Below are positions 9,760-19,284 of a DNA stretch of 64,000 nt, in pieces. The DNA comes from Candidatus Woesearchaeota archaeon. Its GTDB lineage: Archaea; Nanobdellota; Nanobdellia; SCGC-AAA011-G17; UBA489. How positions within the stretch are numbered: the first letter of the stretch is position 1; the number at the start of each line of letters is the position of its first letter. The position numbers and the translations under genes are program-made. Under the pieces are notes generated by a model. That model was not told the DNA's origin and ran no database searches. It saw nothing but the letters and a program-made list of their open reading frames with translations. The stretch spans positions 13,923 through 77,922 of the forward strand of contig JAERTB010000016.1 of the NCBI GenBank assembly GCA_016845225.1, written 5' to 3'.

Positions 9760-10419
9760 ATGGAATTTGATAAAGCAGTACTTTCAAGAAGAACTTGTAG
9801 AGATTACAGTTCAGAGACACTTTCTATGGGTAAAATCGCAGATATTTTAGATATTGCTAGGTTTTCTCCTTCTTCAGGAAATTTACAAAATTGGCAATTT
9901 ATTATTGTTAGAGATCAAGAGAAAAAAGAAAAAATAGCAGATATTTGTAAAGGGCAAACTTGGATGTCCGATGCTCAAGCACACATTGTTGTTTGTAATA
10001 AATCAAAAGAAGTAGAAAAAAATTATCCCGATAGGGGAAAATTATATGCTACTCAAAATTGTGCAATACTTTCAGCAAATATCATCTTAAAGGCTGCAGA
10101 TCAAGGTGTCGGTTCTGCATTAGTTGGAGCATTTGATGAATATGAATTACAAAAATTATTAGATATACCAGAAGATGCAATTCCAGAAATGGTAATCACT
10201 TTAGGTTATCCTGAATCATTAGATGAAGATCAACCAAGAATTGATTTGAAATATTTATGTTACTTTGAATCTTGGGGTAAAAAAGAAGACAAAAAAGATT
10301 TCTGGCCAGTTACTAAACACTCAAAAAAACTGGTAAAAAAAGCTTCTCAGGCAAAAACCAGAGCTTCAACAAAATCTAAAGGCCTAATAAGAAAAGCTAA
10401 AAATAAATTAAAAAAATAA
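9760..10419 (+). CDS. Nitroreductase-family protein with Lys-rich C-terminal tail
   Basis: A nitroreductase fold is suggested by RRTCRDYS...IARFSPSSGNLQNWQFIIV. The C-terminal roughly 40 aa are highly basic (KKLVKKASQAKTRASTKSKGLIRKAKNKLKK). Confidence 0.65.
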   Translation: MEFDKAVLSRRTCRDYSSETLSMGKIADILDIARFSPSSGNLQNWQFIIVRDQEKKEKIADICKGQTWMSDAQAHIVVCNKSKEVEKNYPDRGKLYATQNCAILSANIILKAADQGVGSALVGAFDEYELQKLLDIPEDAIPEMVITLGYPESLDEDQPRIDLKYLCYFESWGKKEDKKDFWPVTKHSKKLVKKASQAKTRASTKSKGLIRKAKNKLKK

Positions 10420-10433
10420 AAGAGTTGTAAGTT

Positions 10434-10832
10434 TTACTTACAACAGAATGCGGCGACATGGAAGCGGTTCATAGAATTAAATCCACATCCCCAAGAATCA
10501 GTTGAATGATTTCCTGGGCCACCGCCACCATATCTGAATTCAGGATAACTCCATTGTAATTCTCCTCCACTAGGAGATTTACATCCTCCGCCATAAACTG
10601 TGGGTTTATTGTTTGGACAACTGGTTGAAACAACCATACCCATAGCGCCAGGGGCTTCAATTTTTTCTACCCACTCACAATTTTGTCCAATTCTATTCTT
10701 ACTAAACGTTTGCGCACCAGTGATATCATTTCCATCAAAACTTCCTAAACTAGTTGCTAAAAAAGCAGCAGCTAAAACAAGTAAAACTGGAATTAATAAA
10801 GCACGATGACTTTCGCCTTTTCTTACTCTCAT
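10434..10832 (-). CDS. Small secreted Cys/Gly-rich protein (132 aa)
   Basis: The signal peptide is MRVRKGESHRALLIPVLLVLAAAFLATSLG. The mature part has 8 Cys and Gly runs (GGGCKSPSGG, YGGGGPGNHS, GCGFN, AAFCCK). The region looks GC-richer than its flanks by eye. Confidence 0.45.
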   Translation of the reverse strand: MRVRKGESHRALLIPVLLVLAAAFLATSLGSFDGNDITGAQTFSKNRIGQNCEWVEKIEAPGAMGMVVSTSCPNNKPTVYGGGCKSPSGGELQWSYPEFRYGGGGPGNHSTDSWGCGFNSMNRFHVAAFCCK

Positions 10833-10964
10833 AAATTAACACCTCCGTTATTATTTATTTATGATTATTACTTAACAAAAAGAGACAATTCCATATATAT
10901 ATCTTTTTATTTTGAAAGAAATTTTAAAAAAAATTAAATGTCTTGTGAAAAAGAAAAAAGCGCC

Positions 10965-11038
10965 GATGCCATAATAAGAAGTGGCATCAGCAAAACACAA
11001 GACACGAAAAAGGGCAATTCTTTTGGGGGTTGCCCTTT
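10965..11038 (-). terminator. Tandem hairpins plus U-run downstream of ftsZ
   Basis: Hairpin B at 11009-11038 is AAAGGGCAA-ttcttttggggg-TTGCCCTTT. Hairpin A at 10965-10988 is GATGCCA-taataagaag-TGGCATC. On the minus-strand transcript they are followed by UUUUUUCUUUUUC. Confidence 0.4.
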
Positions 11039-12135
11039 TAGTATGATCTGCGAGCAGGTTGGCTTTCAAAACCAACCATATCGATGCCCAAGTCATCTGC
11101 AACTTGGACTGCTTCTTTAGCTGCCACTTGAGTTTGGCTTGACCTTCCCAAAATGTAAGGGGAAGTTACACCAGTAACAATTGTCATAACTCTTAATCTT
11201 CCAGCCATGTTTCCATCAATTCTTGCACCCCAGATTACATTTGCGTCTGTATCTAAAGCTTCAGTAATGATTTCTCCAATTCTGTTAACTTCTTCAAGAG
11301 TTAAGTCTTCACCTCCACTTACATGGATTAAAGCACCAGAAGCTCCATCATAACTTACATCCAGTAATGGATTAGTTAATGCTCTTCTTGTTGCTTCTTC
11401 AACTCTTGATTCAGTATCTGATTCACCAATTCCAATAACTGATACGTCACCATTTGACATGATTGCTCTTACATCAGCATAATCTAAGTTTACTAATGAA
11501 GGAATAGCAATTGTTTCAACAATTCCTTTAATCATTGTACTAATCAGTTCATTTGCAACTGCAAATGCTTGTTGAATAGGTAAGTTACCTGCAATGTTTA
11601 CCAGTCTATTGTTATCAATAACAATTACTGTGTCACAAGCTTCTCTTAATTGTTGTAGGCCAAATTCAGCCTTATCAACTCTAGCTCTTTCAATCTCGAA
11701 TGGCATTGTAACCGTTCCAATAACAATTGATCCAGTTTCTTTAGCTAATTGTGCAACAACAGGAGCACTTCCTGTACCTGTTCCACCACCAAGACCAGCA
11801 CATACAAATACCATGTCTGATTCTTTCATAAAATTCTTAAGATCATGAATAGATTCTTTTGCAGCTTCTCTTCCTCTTTCAGGGAATCCACCACATCCAA
11901 GTCCTCTTGTTAATTCTGTACCAATCAATAAATTACCATCACAGTTAGTAATGTCTAAGTGTTGCTTATCTGTATTGATTGCGTAAATCTTAGCACCTTT
12001 TAGGCCTTTTTTGTGTAACCAAGAAACCATATTGTTTCCTCCACCACCACATCCGATTACTCTGATGTTAGCCTCTCCTACCTTATTGTCTATAGCTGGT
12101 GCATTTTTTAATGCGTCTTGTATTAAATTTTCCAT
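11038..12135 (-). CDS. ftsZ: Cell division GTPase FtsZ
   Basis: The tubulin/FtsZ signature GGGTGTGSAPVVA and the N-terminal GTP-binding GCGGGGNN are present. The length is 365 aa. Confidence 0.9.
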   Translation of the reverse strand: MENLIQDALKNAPAIDNKVGEANIRVIGCGGGGNNMVSWLHKKGLKGAKIYAINTDKQHLDITNCDGNLLIGTELTRGLGCGGFPERGREAAKESIHDLKNFMKESDMVFVCAGLGGGTGTGSAPVVAQLAKETGSIVIGTVTMPFEIERARVDKAEFGLQQLREACDTVIVIDNNRLVNIAGNLPIQQAFAVANELISTMIKGIVETIAIPSLVNLDYADVRAIMSNGDVSVIGIGESDTESRVEEATRRALTNPLLDVSYDGASGALIHVSGGEDLTLEEVNRIGEIITEALDTDANVIWGARIDGNMAGRLRVMTIVTGVTSPYILGRSSQTQVAAKEAVQVADDLGIDMVGFESQPARRSY

Positions 12136-12308
12136 TTTTCTTTTTCCCCCGTTTTTTGGTTTGTTTTTTTTGCGAGTATTTTTTGTGTGTACTTCATCAC
12201 CACAATATTTATATTATAGTTCCAACTACTACACTTTGTTAAAGATCTAATGATTCGTGATTTAAATCTTGGAGAACATATAAGTCAATCTAATATAAGT
12301 CATTCAGA

Positions 12309-12377
12309 TTTAGCCGATCTGTGTGTTGATTAAGTTTTAGCCGAACTCAATCGTTGGAATTAAATAAATTTTAGCCG
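12309..12377. promoter_or_regulatory. Three copies of TTTAGCCGA spaced about 27-33 bp in the ftsZ/gatD divergent intergenic region, followed by repeated (A)TATATAAAT TATA-like boxes
   Basis: Direct repeats of TTTAGCCGA lie at 12309-12317, 12336-12344 and 12369-12377. Three ATATATAAAT-like elements lie at about 12420-12470, ahead of the gatD start at 12514. Confidence 0.3.
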
Positions 12378-12513
12378 ATGAATTTAATTCGCTTGTCTAA
12401 TTCTATATAAAAACTAAAAGTAATATATAAATACTATTTAAATACAATATATAAATCAAAGTATATAAATGGTTATTTAACAAATAATTAATTTTTAATA
12501 AAACTAAGAGAGA

Positions 12514-13821
12514 GTGTTAATATTGAAAGCTAATCTAACAGTAAACAATAAAGTAAAGCTAACTACTAAAGATTCAAAAGTTTTTGAAGGAATAGTTTTA
12601 CCAGATACAAATTCTAAGAAAGTTGTACTAAAATTAGATTCAGGATACAATATAGGAATACTAATTTCTAACATCAAAGAAGTAAAAATCCTTTCAAAAC
12701 CAAAGAAAAACATAACAAAAAAGAAAACAACAGCTAAAATTAACAAAAAACTTCCAACAATCTCCATTCTTCACACTGGAGGAACAATTGCAAGTGAAGT
12801 TGATTATGAAACTGGCGCAGTTATTGCGAAATTTACTCCTGAAGAACTTTTATCAAAATTTCCAGAACTAAAAACCGTATGTAACATTAATTCATCATTA
12901 ATTGGCAACATGTTTTCAGAAGACATGAGATTCTCACACTACAATAAATTACTAACTGCAATCCAAAAAGAGATCAAAAAAGGGGCAGATGGAATAATTA
13001 TTACTCATGGAACAGATACATTAGCATACACTTCAGCAGCATTAGCATTCGCTTTAGAAGGCTTAAACACTCCAATTCTACTAGTAGGGGCTCAAAGAAG
13101 CTCAGACAGGGGTAGTAGCGATGCATTCCTAAATCTTCTTGGAGCTTGTCAATATCTATCAAATAGCAATTTTTCAGAAGTAGGTATTTGTATGCATGAA
13201 AGTTCAGACGATAAATCCTGTTTAATACTTTCTCCAACAAAAACAAAGAAGTTTCATTCATCTAGAAGAGATGCTTTCCAATCAGTTAATGCAGAACCAA
13301 TAGCAAGAGTATTTTCAGATGGAAAATATGAGAATATTTCAAAATTACATTCAACAGAATCCAAACTAACAGTAAAACCTTTCAAAGAGAATATCAAAGT
13401 AGGTATTCTAAAAGCACATCCTAACATGTTTGCTAAAGAAATAACCAATTATTCTACTGGATTTAATGGGTTAATCATAGAAGGGACAGGTTTAGGACAC
13501 TTGCCAGTAAATGAAACAGATAAAGAAACAAAAGAAAATTCAAAAATTCTAAGAGCAATAAAATCCTTATCAAAATCAATTCCAGTATTCATGACAACAC
13601 AAACAACCTTCGGTAGAGTAAACATGAATGTTTATTCTTCTGGTAGAAAATTAAAAGAAATTGAAATCTCTGGAGATTATAATGATATGTTAACAGAAAC
13701 TGCATTCATCAAAATGTCGTGGGTACTTAGTAATTATCCTAAATCAAAAGTAAATGAACTAATGAATCAAAATCTTCGTGGCGAAATTTCAAAACGTTCA
13801 AGCAAAAAGGAATTCTTATAA
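12514..13821 (+). CDS. gatD: Glutamyl-tRNA(Gln) amidotransferase subunit D (GatD)
   Basis: An asparaginase-family core (ISILHTGGTIAS; GIIITHGTDTLAYTSAALAF) sits behind an N-terminal roughly 90-aa GatD-specific domain. It lies immediately upstream of a GatB/E-family gene. The start is GTG at 12514. Confidence 0.85.
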   Translation: MLILKANLTVNNKVKLTTKDSKVFEGIVLPDTNSKKVVLKLDSGYNIGILISNIKEVKILSKPKKNITKKKTTAKINKKLPTISILHTGGTIASEVDYETGAVIAKFTPEELLSKFPELKTVCNINSSLIGNMFSEDMRFSHYNKLLTAIQKEIKKGADGIIITHGTDTLAYTSAALAFALEGLNTPILLVGAQRSSDRGSSDAFLNLLGACQYLSNSNFSEVGICMHESSDDKSCLILSPTKTKKFHSSRRDAFQSVNAEPIARVFSDGKYENISKLHSTESKLTVKPFKENIKVGILKAHPNMFAKEITNYSTGFNGLIIEGTGLGHLPVNETDKETKENSKILRAIKSLSKSIPVFMTTQTTFGRVNMNVYSSGRKLKEIEISGDYNDMLTETAFIKMSWVLSNYPKSKVNELMNQNLRGEISKRSSKKEFL

Positions 13822-13845
13822 AAACTTAAACACTAATTTTAAACC

Positions 13846-15267
13846 ATGCAATTAGACTATAAAAAATTAGGATTCAAATCTGGTTTAGAAATACATCAAC
13901 AATTAGAAACACATAAACTATTTTGTAATTGTCCTTCAATAGTTCACGATAAAAATCCAGATATCAAATTCGAAAGAAAACTTAGAACTTCTGCAGGAGA
14001 ATCAGGCAAAATAGATCAAGCAGCAAAATATGAATCAAAAAAACAAAAAACCTTTCTTTACGAAGCATGTTCAACTTCTTCTTGTTTAGTAGAATACGAT
14101 GAAGAACCACCTACACAAGTAAATCAAGAAGCTCTAGAAATAGTACTGCAAGCAGCATTATTGCTAAATGCGACACCCGTAGATGAAGTAAGGGTTATGA
14201 GAAAAACAGTAATTGATGGTTCAAATGTTTCTGGTTTTCAAAGAACAATGTTAATAGCAACTGACGGTTACATAGAAACTTCAAAAGGAAAAGTAACTGT
14301 AGATAGTATCTGCTTAGAAGAAGAATCGGCAAGAAAGATAGAAACAAAACCCAACTACACCAAATTCAGATTAGACCGATTAGGAGTTCCATTAATTGAA
14401 GTTGCAACAGATGCATCAATTAAAGATCCAGAACACTGTCAAGAAGTAGCATCAATTCTCGGAATGATATTAAGGTCAACAAATAAAGTAAAGAGAGGAA
14501 TTGGAACCATAAGACAAGATGTAAATGTTTCAATTAAAGGCCATCCAAGAGTCGAAATCAAAGGGTTTCAAGATCTAAAAAGTATTCCCAAAATAATCGA
14601 ATTTGAAGTAAAAAGAGAAATTAAAGAATCAAAAAATAAAGTAGACTCTCATGTAAGAAAAGCAAATTCTAATTTAACCACTTCTTACTTAAGACCTATG
14701 CCGGGGGCAGCAAGAATGTATCCAGAAACAGATGTTCAACCAATACTATTAACAAAACAATTCATTAAACAAATAAAAATCCCAGAACTAATCACAGAAA
14801 AAGCAATCAAATTAGAAAAGAAATACAAACTTTCACCAACTTTGGCACAAGAGTTAGTAAATAATGAATTATTCATAATCTTAACAAAACAATTCAAAAA
14901 ACTTCAACCAACATTTATTGCAAAAACAATTTTAGAAATGCCAAAAGAAATAAGTAAAAGATTCAACCTTCCAAAAGAAAATTTAAAACCTTACCATTTT
15001 GAATCTGTTTTAGAAGCATTAAATGAAAACAAAATCAACGAATCAGCAGTATTACAAATTCTAGCAGATGCTGCAAATAATAAAAAAATAGACTTCAAAA
15101 AATACAAAAAAGTAGATTCTTCTCAAATAGAATTAGAAATAAAAAAACTAGTAGAATCTAACAAAAACGTCTCTCCTAATGGTTTAATGGGTTTAATCAT
15201 GAAGAATTACCGAGGAAAGGTAGACGGAAAAAAAGCAATGGAATTAATCAATAAGTATCACAAATAA
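13846..15267 (+). CDS. gatE: Glutamyl-tRNA(Gln) amidotransferase subunit E-like (GatB/GatE family), compact 473 aa
   Basis: The N-terminus MQLDYKKLGFKSGLEIHQQLETHKLFCNCPS is GatE-like. A C-terminal YqeY/GatB tail domain is present. The gene is adjacent to gatD. It appears to lack the roughly 100-aa AspRS-like insertion of canonical GatE. Confidence 0.7.
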   Translation: MQLDYKKLGFKSGLEIHQQLETHKLFCNCPSIVHDKNPDIKFERKLRTSAGESGKIDQAAKYESKKQKTFLYEACSTSSCLVEYDEEPPTQVNQEALEIVLQAALLLNATPVDEVRVMRKTVIDGSNVSGFQRTMLIATDGYIETSKGKVTVDSICLEEESARKIETKPNYTKFRLDRLGVPLIEVATDASIKDPEHCQEVASILGMILRSTNKVKRGIGTIRQDVNVSIKGHPRVEIKGFQDLKSIPKIIEFEVKREIKESKNKVDSHVRKANSNLTTSYLRPMPGAARMYPETDVQPILLTKQFIKQIKIPELITEKAIKLEKKYKLSPTLAQELVNNELFIILTKQFKKLQPTFIAKTILEMPKEISKRFNLPKENLKPYHFESVLEALNENKINESAVLQILADAANNKKIDFKKYKKVDSSQIELEIKKLVESNKNVSPNGLMGLIMKNYRGKVDGKKAMELINKYHK

Positions 15268-15301
15268 ACTTAAATACCAAATAACTACTATTTTTAACAA
15301 G

Positions 15302-16612
15302 ATGACAAGAACATATATCTCTGAATTATCAAACTTAAAAGATGGAGACAAAGTAACCATAAATGGGTGGGTTGCAGCAGTAAAAGATCTTTCTAAAGTT
15401 AAATTCGTTATTTTAAGAGATAAAACTGGAGAAATTCAAACTGTAGCAGTTAATGGAAAAACTCCAGAAGAAACATTCAGTAATATTACCAAAATCCCTC
15501 ATGAAAGTGCAATTTCAATAACAGGTTCATTAAAAGAAAGTAAAATTGCAAAAGCAGGTTATGAAGTAGTTATAGATAATTTCGAAATTCTAAACAAAGC
15601 AGAAACTCCTTTACCAATAGATACAACTCCAAAATCAAATACTAACATAGACAAAAGGATTGATTATAGATATTTAGATACTAGAAGACCAAAAGTTAGG
15701 GCAATCTTCAACATAAGAAGTGCAATTGTAAGGGCAGTTACTGAATTCTTTGACAATGAAGGATTTACAAATATCACAACTCCAAAACTTACAGCTGCAG
15801 GTGTAGAATCAGGAGCAGAAATGTTTGAAGTAAAATATTTTAACAAAAATGCATTCCTCTCACAATCACCACAAATTTACAAACAAATGATGGTCGGAGC
15901 AGGTTTTGAAAAAGTATACGAAATTGGTCCAGTTTTTAGAGCAGAAAAAAGTCATACTACCAGACATCTAACAGAGTTTACAGGATTAGATATGGAGATG
16001 GGATTCATCAAAGATGTTGGAGACGTAATGGACGTTATTGAAAACTTATTCAAACACACATTAAAACATGTTAAAGAAAATTGCAAATCAGATTTAGAAC
16101 TTTTAGAAATTGAAGTTAATATTCCCAAAGAAATTCCAAGAATTTCAATGAAGGAAGCAAAAGAAATTTTAGAAAAAGAAGGAAAAAAACTAAAAGAATC
16201 GGACGACCTAGACTCAGAAGCAGAAGAACTTTTAGGAAAATTAATGTTAAAAGAACATAATTCAGAATTCGTATTCGTAACAGACTATCCTTGGGAAGTA
16301 AGACCTTTCTACCACATGAAACCAGAAGACAATCCAAAAGGAACTTGTTCTTTTGATTTAATTTGGAATGGTGTAGAAATTGCAACTGGTGCTCAAAGAG
16401 AACACAGATATGATATTCTAAAACAACAAGCAGATGAAAAAGGAATTAAATTAGATGAAATGAAAGAATACTCTGATTTATTCAAGTTCGGATGTCCTCC
16501 TCACGGCGGAATTGGTTTAGGATTAGATAGAATGGTTCAAAGACTTCTAAAATTAAACAACGTAAGGGAAGCAATTCTTTTACCTAGAGACCCTGAAAGA
16601 CTTACGCCGTAA
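15302..16612 (+). CDS. aspS: Aspartate--tRNA ligase (archaeal type)
   Basis: A class II aaRS with motif 2 FRAEKSHTTRHLTEFTGLDMEM and motif 3 GGIGLGLDRMVQRLL. An N-terminal OB anticodon-binding domain is present. The length is 436 aa. Confidence 0.9.
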   Translation: MTRTYISELSNLKDGDKVTINGWVAAVKDLSKVKFVILRDKTGEIQTVAVNGKTPEETFSNITKIPHESAISITGSLKESKIAKAGYEVVIDNFEILNKAETPLPIDTTPKSNTNIDKRIDYRYLDTRRPKVRAIFNIRSAIVRAVTEFFDNEGFTNITTPKLTAAGVESGAEMFEVKYFNKNAFLSQSPQIYKQMMVGAGFEKVYEIGPVFRAEKSHTTRHLTEFTGLDMEMGFIKDVGDVMDVIENLFKHTLKHVKENCKSDLELLEIEVNIPKEIPRISMKEAKEILEKEGKKLKESDDLDSEAEELLGKLMLKEHNSEFVFVTDYPWEVRPFYHMKPEDNPKGTCSFDLIWNGVEIATGAQREHRYDILKQQADEKGIKLDEMKEYSDLFKFGCPPHGGIGLGLDRMVQRLLKLNNVREAILLPRDPERLTP

Positions 16613-16652
16613 GCCCAAAATCTATTTAAATCTCATATTTCTTAGTTTAACT

Positions 16653-17951
16653 ATGAAAACTAAATTTATTTCAATTCAAGAAGCATTAGATAAGGGAAAA
16701 GGGGAAGTTTCCATCAGAGGTTGGGCTCACAGACAAAGAGGTTCAAACAAATTAAAATTCGTAGTTCTTAGAGACGTATCAAATATTATTCAATGTGTTT
16801 TAAAGAAAGAAGATTTAGAAAAACAGTGGGAAGAAATAGACAAAATACAAGTTGAAACTTCATTACAATTCACAGGAACTTTATCAAAAGATGAAAGAGC
16901 ACCAACAGGTTATGAACTAAAAGTAAAAAAAGTAGACATAATCGGAACTTCAGATAAGTTTCCAATTACTAAAGATCAAAGTTATGAATATACATTAGAT
17001 ATGCGTCATCTTTCAATAAGAAGCAGGAAGATGATTGCAACACTAAAAATAAGAAGCACTGTTTTTGGAGCAATTCACGAATACTTTAGATCAAAAGGTT
17101 TCTATGAATATCACAGTCCTTCATTCACACCAAACGCTGCAGAAGGAGGGTCAACATTATTCAAAGTAGATTATTTTGGAAAAGAAATGTTCCTAACGCA
17201 AACTTGGCAATTATATGCTGAAGCAGGAATTCAAGCTTTAGAAAAAATTTACACAATAGCTCCAAGTTTTAGAGCAGAAAAAAGCAAAACTTCCAGACAC
17301 TTAACAGAATACTGGCATGCAGAAATGGAAGAAGCATGGACTACTTTTGATAACATCCAAGATCATGCAGAAGCATTACTAAAATTAATTATTTCTAAAG
17401 TTCTAAAAGAAAACAAAAAAGAATTAGAAGTTCTTGGAAGGGATTTAAAGAAGTTAGAACCGACTACAAAAAAAGCATTCCCTAGAATGACTTACGATGA
17501 AGTTTTAAAAATATTAGAAAAGAAAGCCAACATGAAAATTCCGTGGGGAAAAGATCTAAGAACAATTGAAGAAGACGAATTATCTAAAATGTATGATACC
17601 CCTGTTATTGTTACTGGCTATCCTAAACAAGTAAAAGCATTTTACATGAAAGAAGACCCAAAAAACCCTAAAGTTGTTCAAGGATTTGATGTTATTGGAC
17701 CAGAAGGATATGGAGAATTAGTTGGAGCAAGTCAAAGAGAAGAAGATATTGATAAATTAATAGAAGAACTTAAAGCAGAAGGAGAGGATCCAAAAGAGTA
17801 CGAGTGGTATTTAGATACCCGAAGATACGGTTCAATGCCAAGAGGTGGTTTTGGAATGGGAGTAGAAAGAATTATTTCTTGGATTTGCGGATTAGATAAT
17901 ATAAAGGACGCTATCGCTTTCCCAAGAACAATGACTCGACTTAAACCATGA
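16653..17951 (+). CDS. asnS: Asparagine--tRNA ligase
   Basis: A class IIb aaRS with FRAEKSKTSRHLTEYWHAEMEEAW and GGFGMGVERIISWICGLDNIKDAIAFPR. The length is 432 aa. Confidence 0.85.
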   Translation: MKTKFISIQEALDKGKGEVSIRGWAHRQRGSNKLKFVVLRDVSNIIQCVLKKEDLEKQWEEIDKIQVETSLQFTGTLSKDERAPTGYELKVKKVDIIGTSDKFPITKDQSYEYTLDMRHLSIRSRKMIATLKIRSTVFGAIHEYFRSKGFYEYHSPSFTPNAAEGGSTLFKVDYFGKEMFLTQTWQLYAEAGIQALEKIYTIAPSFRAEKSKTSRHLTEYWHAEMEEAWTTFDNIQDHAEALLKLIISKVLKENKKELEVLGRDLKKLEPTTKKAFPRMTYDEVLKILEKKANMKIPWGKDLRTIEEDELSKMYDTPVIVTGYPKQVKAFYMKEDPKNPKVVQGFDVIGPEGYGELVGASQREEDIDKLIEELKAEGEDPKEYEWYLDTRRYGSMPRGGFGMGVERIISWICGLDNIKDAIAFPRTMTRLKP

Positions 17952-18253
17952 AACCTGATCCTAGAGATTATATTGGTAAGAGATATTTAGAGAAATTAAA
18001 CTATCTCTCAGAGATCTTATCGGATAAGTTAATCTTTGGAAAAGATCCCTCAAATTTTGATTTATATATTGAAGATTATGAAGGTACGTTATTTCCCAAA
18101 TGTTATTATCATTCTTGTAAAGACCATAATTTAGATGAAATTGAAAATAAGCTGGTTTTATTAGAAACAGACGACAAAATCGAGAGATTTTTCTTTCATG
18201 AATCTTGTTTAGATTCTTTAGTTCTTGAAGGAATTCCCTTAAACCACCAGTAA
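17948..18253 (+). CDS. Hypothetical small protein with Cys/His cluster, translationally coupled to asnS
   Basis: It shares an ATGA overlap with the asnS stop. The 101-aa sequence contains CYYHSC...HESC, a possible metal site. Confidence 0.4.
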   Translation: MKPDPRDYIGKRYLEKLNYLSEILSDKLIFGKDPSNFDLYIEDYEGTLFPKCYYHSCKDHNLDEIENKLVLLETDDKIERFFFHESCLDSLVLEGIPLNHQ

Positions 18254-18330
18254 TTCACAGAAAAGTTTATATATCAATTTCTAGCTTAAACTATCTATTA
18301 ACTAAAATTATTAATTGACACTACTATAAA

Positions 18331-19284
18331 ATGGATATAGATGAATATCTCAAGAAAAAGAAAGAATTAGAAGGTAAGAAAGAACTTCTAGAGAAAAAGA
18401 AAACTGTTGAAAAAAAGAAAACAGCACCTAAAAAAGAAGTAGTTATTAAAAGAAACACAGAAATTAGTAAAGTCGAGCCAAATTCTCCAAATTATTCACC
18501 AAATCCTCACCACTATCCTAATTATAATCACCCAAAAGACAATATGCAGTGGGTATTTCTCGGATTAGCATTTTTTGTAGCATTATTAATTGTAGGAGTT
18601 TATTTCTTATCTAACTTTATGAAAGATTCTTCAGTAGATGACAGATCTCCAGAAGTTATTGAGTTAGAAAAAAAATTAGAAGAACTTCAAAAGAGTCTAG
18701 AACAAGAAAAACTATTAGAAGAAAATAAAACAGAAGAACAAACTAACGAAACTACAAATGAAACCTCTAACGAATCAGGAGAAGAATCAATTGGACCAGA
18801 AGTTGAAATAAAACTAATCGATGAACACACTGATGATATTAGTATGGGCACATTTGATTCAAGCGGAAAAATTAACGGACAATTAATTATCTTACAAAGC
18901 AACACAGGAGATGCATTAAGATATGAATATAGATTATCTATAGTAAATAAAGAACTTACAGTTATTCAATGTAAAGTAGATAAGGCAACTGAGATTGATA
19001 CAGATGAAGATGGAACTTACGATGATACAGATTACCATCTAGACAGATATGTTTTAGAAATGGATGTTGGCGATGAAGAAATTATTGCAGACAGTGTAAC
19101 TGCTTTAGGTTCAGCAAAAGTAACTTACGAAGCAAGATGTTACTTCTGTTCAAATTCTCAATGTGAAGCAAATTCGGTGACTGGTGATCCTGGAGTTTTC
19201 ACAGATGGAGAATCAGTTGAATCAGCAAAACTAAAAGTAATTATTAGGCCAAACACACTAGATAACAACACAAATAGCAGTTAA
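18331..19284 (+). CDS. Membrane protein: N-terminal K/E coiled-coil, single TM, acidic extracellular domain
   Basis: The KKKELEGKKELLEKKKTVEKKK N-terminus is followed by a TM helix WVFLGLAFFVALLIVGVYFL and then an acidic Thr/Glu/Asp-rich domain containing cysteines. Confidence 0.5.
   Translation: MDIDEYLKKKKELEGKKELLEKKKTVEKKKTAPKKEVVIKRNTEISKVEPNSPNYSPNPHHYPNYNHPKDNMQWVFLGLAFFVALLIVGVYFLSNFMKDSSVDDRSPEVIELEKKLEELQKSLEQEKLLEENKTEEQTNETTNETSNESGEESIGPEVEIKLIDEHTDDISMGTFDSSGKINGQLIILQSNTGDALRYEYRLSIVNKELTVIQCKVDKATEIDTDEDGTYDDTDYHLDRYVLEMDVGDEEIIADSVTALGSAKVTYEARCYFCSNSQCEANSVTGDPGVFTDGESVESAKLKVIIRPNTLDNNTNSS

Noticed and set aside
11594-12250. ORFs antisense to or overlapping ftsZ (11594..11848, 12011..12250, 10872..11102, 10938..11120)
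   Set aside because: They are shadow ORFs within or abutting ftsZ. The 10938-11040 region is better explained as the ftsZ terminator hairpins.
12136-12513. Replication origin in the ftsZ/gatD intergenic region
   Set aside because: It is an AT-rich gap with repeats, but no cdc6/orc1 gene is adjacent and the repeats do not resemble ORB or mini-ORB elements. A divergent promoter or operator region is the better fit.
13846-15267. Calling the GatB/E-family gene gatB (bacterial-type) rather than gatE
   Set aside because: Its size fits GatB. However, it is immediately downstream of gatD, the N-terminal motif is GatE-like, and no gatA/gatC is visible. A compact GatE is the more economical reading, and this is flagged as a finding.
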